Assembly: GCA_964291405.2 (NCBI GenBank)
Contig: OZ219926.1
Location: 2,688,001 to 2,752,000, forward strand
DNA: 64,000 nucleotides
Origin: Thermodesulfobacteriota bacterium
GTDB lineage: Bacteria; Desulfobacterota; Binatia; Bin18
Reading direction: 5' to 3'
Both the position numbers and the translations under genes were made by a program. The notes beneath the pieces are model-generated. The model worked only from the letters and a program-made list of their open reading frames with translations, was not told the DNA's origin and did no database searches. Positions 56,597 to 64,000 of this stretch are shown one piece after another. The first letter of the stretch is position 1. Each line of letters begins with the position of its first letter.

Positions 56597-56989
56597 ATGC
56601 TCTCCCATACGGAAAAACTTCGAGTGCGGTGGGTCGATACCGATGCGTCGGGCCGTATTCATTACACGGCAGCGTTTCGGTATTTTGAGATAGCCGAGTG
56701 GGAATTGATGCGACAAGCCGGATTCCCGCTGTCCGACCATCGCAAGATATCAGGGCTACCGCGGGTAAATGTTTCGGCAACATTTTATGCTCCCCTCTTT
56801 GTTGATGAGCCAATTGAGGTAAAAGTCTGGGTTGAGCGGATTGGAACTACCTCCATTACCTTTGCCGGGGAGATCCACCGAGCTGGAGAGCGCTGCGTCA
56901 GTGGGTTGATCACCGCAGTTTTTGTGAATCCACAGGACCAGCCTCAGCCCATTCCCGAGGCCATTCGCCACGCTCTGAGCGCTGCGTGA
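56597..56989 (+). CDS. Acyl-CoA thioesterase (hotdog, 4HBT/YbgC-like)
   Basis: RVRWVDTDASGRIHY. Confidence 0.85.
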   Translation: MLSHTEKLRVRWVDTDASGRIHYTAAFRYFEIAEWELMRQAGFPLSDHRKISGLPRVNVSATFYAPLFVDEPIEVKVWVERIGTTSITFAGEIHRAGERCVSGLITAVFVNPQDQPQPIPEAIRHALSAA

Positions 56990-57039
56990 CGAAGGCCTGG
57001 GAGTTGACAGAAAAAACACGCTCGCATAGGTAACGGGAG

Positions 57040-57360
57040 ATGTCATACGCAGTAATTCGTACGGGTGGAAAACAATATCGAGTGACGCAGGGCGAGCTCC
57101 TGCGGGTGGAGTCTCTCCCGGGAGAAGTCGGGAGTGATATTACGTTCCCTGATGTGTTGCTCACCTCGGCTGAGGGCGCGGTCCAAATTGGTACCCCGCT
57201 TGTGTCTGGCGCTTCCGTGACGGCTCGCGTTGTTGAGCATGGAAAAGAGAAAAAGATTATTGTTTTTAAGAAGAAGCGGCGCAAGGGGTATCGTCGCAAA
57301 CATGGCCACCGGCAGCACTTTACGGCCGTGCAGGTCAAATCGATCAACCTGGGAGGATAA
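57040..57360 (+). CDS. rplU: 50S ribosomal protein L21
   Basis: [13 protein letters not shown]...[16 protein letters not shown]. Confidence 0.98.
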   Translation: MSYAVIRTGGKQYRVTQGELLRVESLPGEVGSDITFPDVLLTSAEGAVQIGTPLVSGASVTARVVEHGKEKKIIVFKKKRRKGYRRKHGHRQHFTAVQVKSINLGG

Positions 57361-57362
57361 AC

Positions 57363-57617
57363 GTGGCACATAAAAAAGGACAAGGCTCCAGTCGGAATGG
57401 CCGAGACAGCCCAGGACAGCGCCGCGGCGTCAAGCTTTATGCCGGACAATTTGCAAAGGCAGGGAATATTATTGTTCGTCAGCTCGGAACGCGTATCTAC
57501 CCAGGAACTAATGTTGGCATGGGACGAGATTATACGCTGTTTGCCAAGACTGACGGAGTGATCCAGTTTGAACGTATGGGCAAAGCGCGCAAGCGGGTCT
57601 GCGTCTACCCGCAGTAA
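57363..57617 (+). CDS. rpmA: 50S ribosomal protein L27
   Basis: [15 protein letters not shown]. Confidence 0.98.
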   Translation: MAHKKGQGSSRNGRDSPGQRRGVKLYAGQFAKAGNIIVRQLGTRIYPGTNVGMGRDYTLFAKTDGVIQFERMGKARKRVCVYPQ

Positions 57618-57653
57618 TCCGTTCGGCCGCACGCGCGAACACAAGGTTACAGG

Positions 57654-57679
57654 AAAAGCCCCACTTCGGGGCTTTTTTT
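57654..57679 (+). terminator. Rho-independent terminator after rpmA
   Basis: AAAAGCCCC-acttc-GGGGCTTTTTTT. Confidence 0.85.
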
Positions 57680-57720
57680 ATTGGCCTGCTTCGGTCCCCT
57701 ATTCCTGATATACATGGGCT

Positions 57721-58764
57721 ATGAACTTCGTTGACGAAGTGACCATGACAGTAAAGGCCGGTGATGGCGGGCGCGGCTGTGTCAGCTTTCTGCGCGAGAA
57801 GTTTCGGCCCTGGGGGGGACCAAACGGCGGCAATGGCGGCAATGGCGGAGACGTCATCCTGTGCGTCGATCCGCAACGCAACACCCTGCTTGAGCTCGCC
57901 CATCGGCATCACGTCAAAGCGGCACGGGGCGATCATGGACGGGGTAAGGATCAACACGGGAAAAACGCAAAGGCCCTCATTCTTCCCGTCCCGGCCGGAA
58001 CTATTGCGCGCGATATGGAGAGTGGAGAAATACTCGCCGACCTGCGAACTGCCGGGCAACAGGTCGTGGTCGCTCACGGCGGAAAAGGCGGAAGAGGGAA
58101 CGCCTCTTTCGCCACCTCCACCAATCGGGCCCCCCGGTTCGCCCAGCCGGGGCTGCCCGGAGAGACGCGGCAGATCCAGCTGGAACTCCGCTTATTGGCG
58201 GATGTTGGCCTGGTAGGGTTTCCCAACGTCGGGAAGTCGACGCTGATCTCCGCTGTGTCTGCCGCACGTCCGCGGGTTGCCGATTTTCCCTTTACAACCC
58301 TCGTTCCGCACCTTGGCGTTGTCCGCTATGGCGATGAGGGCTCATTTGTCATGGCTGACGTGCCGGGGCTCATTGAGGGGGCGCATGCCGGACATGGGTT
58401 GGGCGTGCGCTTTCTGCGCCATCTCTCGCGGACTTCTATTCTGGTTCATCTTCTTGATATATCTGATCCAGCACGTGATCCGTATGCCGACCACCGCGTC
58501 ATCAATAGTGAACTCGCCGCTTTTGATACTGTCCTGGCTCGACGTCCGCAGATCGTGGCCGTCACAAAAGCTGACCTGCCGACCACCCGCGACCGGTTTC
58601 CTGAGGTGCAGGAGGTTTTTGCTCGGCATGAGAAAACATTACATCTCATCTCTGCGGCAACGGGGGAGGGGAAACAGGAATTGGTGAGAGCAATTACCCA
58701 TCTGCTCGAACAGAGACAACACCGGACGGGCGACGAAGGGGAGACTGAGGATTCCCCACCATGA
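57721..58764 (+). CDS. obgE: GTPase ObgE/CgtA
   Basis: FVDEV...AGDGGRG, Gly-rich Obg fold, GFPNVGKST, FPFTTL, DVPG. Confidence 0.97.
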   Translation: MNFVDEVTMTVKAGDGGRGCVSFLREKFRPWGGPNGGNGGNGGDVILCVDPQRNTLLELAHRHHVKAARGDHGRGKDQHGKNAKALILPVPAGTIARDMESGEILADLRTAGQQVVVAHGGKGGRGNASFATSTNRAPRFAQPGLPGETRQIQLELRLLADVGLVGFPNVGKSTLISAVSAARPRVADFPFTTLVPHLGVVRYGDEGSFVMADVPGLIEGAHAGHGLGVRFLRHLSRTSILVHLLDISDPARDPYADHRVINSELAAFDTVLARRPQIVAVTKADLPTTRDRFPEVQEVFARHEKTLHLISAATGEGKQELVRAITHLLEQRQHRTGDEGETEDSPP

Positions 58765-59906
58765 GTGATTGTAATATCCAGCTCACACATAAAGCGCGTA
58801 TTCTTACGAAGACGAGGCGTATTGTGGTGAAAGTCGGGAGCAGTGTGCTGTCCGATGGAGACGGTGTCTACGCTCCACGGGTTCGCCAACTCGCGACGAT
58901 CCTTTCCACCCTGCAACAGGTGGAGGTGGTCTTAGTCACTTCGGGAGCCGTTGCTGCGGGAATGGGTGCACTCAATATGAAACAGCGCCCGAGGACGATA
59001 CCGGCGAAACAAGCGGCCGCAGCCATTGGACAGATTACGCTCATGGCGTTGTACGAAGAATGCTTTTCGCAGCATGCCATCCGGGTGGCGCAGATTCTTC
59101 TCACCCATGACGATCTGGCCAACCGACGACGCTATCTGAACGCCAAGCATACCCTTTTGACTCTGATCGAATCCGGGGTCGTGCCCATTGTCAATGAGAA
59201 TGACACGGTGGCGGTTGAAGAAATCCAGTTTGGCGATAACGATAATCTCTCCGCCCAAGTCGCCGTTCTTGTCGAGGCGGATCTGCTGATCATCTTGAGC
59301 GATGTTGCGGGTTTATACGAAACAGACCCCCGTCTGGACCAGCACGCAAAACGTATTGCTCTGGTCGAGCGGTTCGACGAACAATTGATGCAGCGGTGCG
59401 GGCAAGCTGGCCCGCTGGGCCGCGGCGGGATGACTTCTAAAATCGAAGCCGCGCAAAAGGCGGCCCTGTCAGGTATTCCCTCTCTTCTTATAGATGGTAG
59501 GAACAATGAAGAGCTCTATGCGGTTTTTGACCCGCAACGGGAAGCCGGCACGCTGTTTCTGCCAGTTTCGGATAGGATTGCGAGTCGGAAACACTGGATC
59601 GCCTACACGTTAAAGCCGGCTGGCTCACTCCGTCTTGATGCCGGGGCAGCGGCAGCGATTCGGCAGGATGGGAGGAGTCTGCTACCTGCCGGGGTGCGTG
59701 GAGTATCTGGAAGCTTTGAGGAAGGGGACTGTGTGACCTGTCTCGACGACCACGGAGATGAATTTGCTCGTGGCCTAGTGAACTATAGCGCTGTGGCTCT
59801 GAGGCAGATTCAAGGCGTGCACACGAGTCAAATTGAACAGGCCCTCGGCTATAAGGTGGGCGATGAAGTGATTCATCGTGACGACTTGGCCTTGCTACAA
59901 GACTAG
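58761..59906 (+). CDS. proB: Glutamate 5-kinase
   Basis: VVKVGSS, SGAV, NENDTV, FGDNDNLSA, GGMTSK, PUA domain. Confidence 0.97.
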   Translation: MSDCNIQLTHKARILTKTRRIVVKVGSSVLSDGDGVYAPRVRQLATILSTLQQVEVVLVTSGAVAAGMGALNMKQRPRTIPAKQAAAAIGQITLMALYEECFSQHAIRVAQILLTHDDLANRRRYLNAKHTLLTLIESGVVPIVNENDTVAVEEIQFGDNDNLSAQVAVLVEADLLIILSDVAGLYETDPRLDQHAKRIALVERFDEQLMQRCGQAGPLGRGGMTSKIEAAQKAALSGIPSLLIDGRNNEELYAVFDPQREAGTLFLPVSDRIASRKHWIAYTLKPAGSLRLDAGAAAAIRQDGRSLLPAGVRGVSGSFEEGDCVTCLDDHGDEFARGLVNYSAVALRQIQGVHTSQIEQALGYKVGDEVIHRDDLALLQD

Positions 59907-59930
59907 AGAAAAGACACAAAGGAAGAGGCG

Positions 59931-61187
59931 ATGAGTCTTGAAAATATGGTGGTCACATTAGCCCAAACCGCAAAAAAAGCCGCCCGAATATTGGCTACCG
60001 TATCAACACACACGAAGAATCAGGCGCTTCTCGCCGCTGCTCAGCAACTCCGGGAGCAGACGGAAGTCTTGCTGACTGCCAATGCCCAGGACGTTGCCCG
60101 AGGAAAAGACAAGGGCTTATCTGCCGCGTTGCTCGATCGGCTGACGCTGAACCAAACGCGCATACACGCCATGGCCACAGGGCTCGAAATTATGGTCGAT
60201 CTGCCGGACCCGGTCGAGGAAACAGTCGCCACCTGGAAGCGACCAAATGGCCTGGAAATCAGCCAAATCCGCGTCCCGCTCGGCGTTGTCGGGATTATTT
60301 ACGAGTCGCGGCCGAATGTCACGGCCGATGCCGCCGGCCTGTGCCTCAAGGCTGGCAATGCGGTTGTGCTGAAAGGGGGATCGGAGGCGTTTGCGACCAA
60401 CAGTGCCATTGTTGATGTGCTGACCCAGGCCTTTGCCGAAGCGGGCTTGCCGGACGGGGCGGTTCAACTGGTTCGCTCGACCGATCGACAGGCCGTCTCC
60501 TTTCTCCTCCAGCAAGATCGCTATATTGATGTCATTATTCCGCGCGGCGGAGAGGAGTTGATCCGCGCCGTCACGCGCGCCTCCGCCATCCCGGTGATTC
60601 AGCATTTCTCCGGCATATGTCACACCTATGTCGATGCCGCGGCTGATATTGAAAAGGCACACCAAGTTTGCCTGAATGCCAAGGCACAAAGGCCGTGGGT
60701 GTGCAATGCTATGGAGAACCTGCTGGTACATGAAGCCGTTGCCCACCGTTTCCTCCCAGACTTCGTTGCGCGACTCGAACAAGAGAGTGTCGAGGTTCGC
60801 GGCTGTGACCAGACGCGCCAGATCGTCCCTCAGGTGGGCGTCGCGACTGAGACGGATTGGCAAACCGAATATCTTGATAAAATTCTCTCAGTCAAAGTGG
60901 TGCGCTCGCTTGATGAGGCGCTGGATTTTATTCATACCAACGGGTCAGGACTAGCCGATTGCATCGTGAGCGAAGATTACTCACACGTCCGGCGGTTTCT
61001 GCGTGAGGTCGACTCTGCGACGGTCTATGCAAACGCTTCAACGCGCTTCACCGATGGCTTTGAGTTCGGATTCGGGGCTGAGGTCGGCATTTCGACGAAC
61101 CGACTCCACGCCAGGGGGCCCATGGGCCTGCGTGAGCTGACAACCTATAAATATGTGGTCTACGGAGATGGCCAGATACGAGCATAA
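59931..61187 (+). CDS. proA: Gamma-glutamyl phosphate reductase
   Basis: IYESRPNVT, IPRGG, CNAME, NASTRFTDG.EFGFGAE.GIST..LHARGPMG. Confidence 0.97.
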   Translation: MSLENMVVTLAQTAKKAARILATVSTHTKNQALLAAAQQLREQTEVLLTANAQDVARGKDKGLSAALLDRLTLNQTRIHAMATGLEIMVDLPDPVEETVATWKRPNGLEISQIRVPLGVVGIIYESRPNVTADAAGLCLKAGNAVVLKGGSEAFATNSAIVDVLTQAFAEAGLPDGAVQLVRSTDRQAVSFLLQQDRYIDVIIPRGGEELIRAVTRASAIPVIQHFSGICHTYVDAAADIEKAHQVCLNAKAQRPWVCNAMENLLVHEAVAHRFLPDFVARLEQESVEVRGCDQTRQIVPQVGVATETDWQTEYLDKILSVKVVRSLDEALDFIHTNGSGLADCIVSEDYSHVRRFLREVDSATVYANASTRFTDGFEFGFGAEVGISTNRLHARGPMGLRELTTYKYVVYGDGQIRA

Positions 61188-61262
61188 CAGACGAAAAAGA
61201 GTCACCGAGCCAACCGCTTTATATAAGTTAGAGGGCCCGTTGACTCTTCCAGATTCTCACGT

Positions 61263-61931
61263 ATGAAAGTCGGGCTGTTCGGCGGAACGTTTAACCCCAT
61301 CCATTTGGGTCATTTACGCAGTGCGGAAGAAGTCTGCGCAGCGTTTACGCTTGACCGCATATACTTCATTCCTTCTGCTTCTCCTCCGCACAAGCGCCCA
61401 ACGGATATCGCCCCTGCCCACCATCGCTACAATATGGTGGAGCGGGCAGTTGCTGCCAACCCGGCCTTCTTTGCCTCTCGTATCGAACTCGACCGCGCCG
61501 GCCCCTCGTTTTCGATTGATACGATACGCGCCTTTCGGACAAGGGAAACATCGGCCTCTCTCGCCTTTCTTATCGGGATGGATGCGTTCTGTGAGATAGA
61601 GACCTGGAAGGACTATCTGGAGATTCCCAGCTTATGCGATCTGATTGTCACCTCGCGTCCCGGGGTTCCCACTCCACCACTTGATCAACTCCTTCCCGTT
61701 GCTCTTCGGCCCGCCTTTTGGTATGATTCGATCCAGCAGAGATACCAGCACGAATCAGGGCATACATTGACGCTCTATACACTGAACGGTCTCCATATTT
61801 CGGCCTCCAGCATCCGTGACAACCTTCGCGTTGGTCGGCCCACACTCTGCCAGCTCCCGCCCGCCGTGGCGGACTATATCGCGACGCACGCCCTCTATGG
61901 CACCCAAGAGGCTCTTTCCTTTGAAAGCTGA
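61263..61931 (+). CDS. nadD: Nicotinate-nucleotide adenylyltransferase
   Basis: GGTFNPIHLGH, PPHK, GMDAF, ISASSIR. Confidence 0.95.
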   Translation: MKVGLFGGTFNPIHLGHLRSAEEVCAAFTLDRIYFIPSASPPHKRPTDIAPAHHRYNMVERAVAANPAFFASRIELDRAGPSFSIDTIRAFRTRETSASLAFLIGMDAFCEIETWKDYLEIPSLCDLIVTSRPGVPTPPLDQLLPVALRPAFWYDSIQQRYQHESGHTLTLYTLNGLHISASSIRDNLRVGRPTLCQLPPAVADYIATHALYGTQEALSFES

Positions 61932-62316
61932 CGACAGCTGGCAAAAAGCCCTGTGGTGCGCGCAATCTGCGCTGGACAAAAAGGCCTACGACCTCGTTGT
62001 CCTTGACGTCGAAGCCTTGACGTCTGTTGCCTCTTATTTTGTGATTTGCACCGGACGGTCGGATATTCAAGTGCAGACGATCAGCCAAGCCATTGAGGGG
62101 GCTCTCCGGCGGGAAGGCCATCGCCCCTTAGCCCTTGAAGGCGTTTCGCACGGACAATGGGTCCTCATGGATTTTGGGGATGTTATTGTCCATATTTTCT
62201 ACGAAACAGTCCGAGAATTTTACAATCTTGAAGGACTCTGGGCCAAGGCTCCACGCTGCCCGCTGCCCGAACCCTACTCGACGCAAGCCATGGACCTCCG
62301 ACTCGAAACCGGCTAG
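61921..62316 (+). CDS. rsfS: Ribosome silencing factor
   Basis: DKKAYD.VVLDV, FVICTG, WVLMDFGDVIVHIF...REFYNLEGLW; start uncertain (TTG 61921 or ATG 61897). Confidence 0.93.
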   Translation: MKADDSWQKALWCAQSALDKKAYDLVVLDVEALTSVASYFVICTGRSDIQVQTISQAIEGALRREGHRPLALEGVSHGQWVLMDFGDVIVHIFYETVREFYNLEGLWAKAPRCPLPEPYSTQAMDLRLETG

Positions 62317-62409
62317 CGGCCTTCTTCTGGCACCGAGAAAATTCCCCTTCTCTTTCTTTCCACACGCCTTTCCCCTTATACTAGTAGCCGGAACCAGCGA
62401 GAGAACCTC

Positions 62410-62823
62410 GTGGGGGATGCTATGGGGCGAACGGCTTCTGCGCAAGAGATTCTATATTACGGCAGTACCCCTAAACACCAGTATTGGGAGAACGAAAAAC
62501 AGACGCTGCGTCTCGTCCGCGACCGGTCTGCATCGGTCTGGCGAGCGTATCACAAGCAAAGCGGCCGGTATCGCCCTTTACTCGTGAAGTCTCGCTCCTC
62601 GGCAGGACTCCGAAGAGGAAAACGGAAATCGACACCGCTGACGGGCAGAAGCGCTGAAGAAGTCGTGGCTAATATCAAGCGTGACTATCAGCTGCGGCTG
62701 GTGCTTGAGCAACGACTGCGCCGCTGGATGGACAAGTCGTCAGGAAAGCGTGTGCTGGCCTTTCTCGACCCCAACCAGGGAGGTGCGCCGGCGATGACGG
62801 ATCCAGGCACGTATAATGCCTGA
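62410..62823 (+). CDS. Hypothetical basic protein
   Basis: Open frame filling the gap between rsfS and fabH; no recognised motif. Confidence 0.45.
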   Translation: MGDAMGRTASAQEILYYGSTPKHQYWENEKQTLRLVRDRSASVWRAYHKQSGRYRPLLVKSRSSAGLRRGKRKSTPLTGRSAEEVVANIKRDYQLRLVLEQRLRRWMDKSSGKRVLAFLDPNQGGAPAMTDPGTYNA

Positions 62824-62900
62824 TAAGATCAGTTCCCCTTCTCTCGCAACAGGAAAGTCTTGAAAAGTCGATTGCTTAATCAACCCGCGGCGGCGCGATC

Positions 62901-63875
62901 CTACCAGCGTGCAACCGACGCCCCCCAGGTGAGTCCGCCCCCACAGCCGTTGAGCACGACAATATCGTCCGCGTGGACTTTGCCTGCTCGAACAGCCTCA
63001 TCCAGAGCTATCGGAATGGAAGCCGCAGAGGTGTTTCCGAAACGATCCACATTGCAGTGCACCTTGTCCATGCTTGCTCCCAGGCGGTCGGCCACCGCTT
63101 GGATGATACGCAGATTCGCCTGATGGGGAACCATCAGCGTGATATCTTCTGGAGCCAGGCCAGCTTTTTCGAGGGCCTTTTTTGTCACGTCGGACAGGGC
63201 GCGAACGGCGACCTTGAACAGTTCGGGGCCTTTCATCTGAATCCCCCAGTCCGGCTCCTGTTCCCCGGCCTGATCAAACGTTTGCCGTAGACCGGACCGA
63301 ACGTGGAGCAGCTGCCACAGGGCTCCGCTGGACTCGACGACAGTGCTGAGCAGGCCTTGATCGTTTGACTGATTTTCCAACACGACCGCCCCGGCACCAT
63401 CCCCGAACAGCACGCAGGTCGTCCGGTCTCCCCAGTTAACCATGGAGCTCAGAGCATCTGCGCCAACCAGCAGGATACGATTATACTCGCCGCTTTTGAG
63501 GTAGCTATGGGCAACCGACATGCCGTACACAAACCCCGCACAGGCTGCCGCAACATCAAAGGCGGGGATATTATCCACGCCAAGGCGCGTTTGGAGTAAG
63601 CAGGCTGTGGAGGGAAAGGCATACTCCCCAGAGACCGTGGCGATCAGAACCACATCCAAGTCCTGCGCAGTCAGACCAGCCGCCTTGAGTGCTGTTTCGC
63701 TTGCCGCGTGAATGAGGTCGAGCAAAGCCTCATCCTTTCGGATGACACGTCTTTCCTGTATCCCGGTTCGGGTGACGATCCATTTATGATTGGTGTCAAC
63801 CCGCCCGGCCAGATCATCATTGGTGAGACAGGTTGAAGGGACGGCGGAACCCGTGCCGATAATACGTGCGCCCAT
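62901..63875 (-). CDS. fabH: Beta-ketoacyl-ACP synthase III
   Basis: WIVTRTGI.ERR, AACAGF, LFGDGAGA, PHQAN.RI, GNTSAASIP, GGGLTWG. Confidence 0.96.
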   Translation of the reverse strand: MGARIIGTGSAVPSTCLTNDDLAGRVDTNHKWIVTRTGIQERRVIRKDEALLDLIHAASETALKAAGLTAQDLDVVLIATVSGEYAFPSTACLLQTRLGVDNIPAFDVAAACAGFVYGMSVAHSYLKSGEYNRILLVGADALSSMVNWGDRTTCVLFGDGAGAVVLENQSNDQGLLSTVVESSGALWQLLHVRSGLRQTFDQAGEQEPDWGIQMKGPELFKVAVRALSDVTKKALEKAGLAPEDITLMVPHQANLRIIQAVADRLGASMDKVHCNVDRFGNTSAASIPIALDEAVRAGKVHADDIVVLNGCGGGLTWGASVARW

Positions 63876-64000
63876 GCGCTACCTCTTTAATCCTTCTTGC
63901 CCAGCGAGATCAGGCCAATCAATACGTCTCATACTGTTTCGCTCAAGGCAGGTTCTGATTGCTTCGGTCCCAGTGTTCTCGTTATACCGGCCGCCGTTCT

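Overview
Bacterial chromosomal window of mostly housekeeping and lipid/CoA-metabolism genes. It contains cinA-thpR-recA-recX-alaS-phoH-ybeY, lnt-prfB (with the canonical +1 frameshift)-PAC2-rimO-dksA, etfBA, two biotin carboxylase systems, mltG, rplU-rpmA-obgE-proBA-nadD-rsfS and fabH. Gene content and order resemble a deltaproteobacterial/Binatia-like organism (inference only). Accessory parts are a DNA methylase with a nonsense-interrupted nuclease partner (10.5-13.8 kb) and an insertion hotspot between ybeY and lnt (27.0-29.5 kb) holding two MITE-like elements, small ORFs and a direct-repeat-flanked Phd/VapC module. The standout observation is a dispersed 54-bp palindromic element (17-bp arms, 20-nt loop; consensus AAAGAGGAAACGTGTCC-TCCAATCATCCAAAAAAGCT-GGACACGTTTCCTCTTT) found 8 times. 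All copies are co-oriented with the local genes and the stem shows compensatory changes. Four copies sit in-frame, all in the same reading frame, inside conserved proteins (AlaS, Lnt, RimO twice), each adding 18 codons (KRKRVLQSxKKAGHVSSF-like). No rRNA, tRNA or CRISPR array was recognised.
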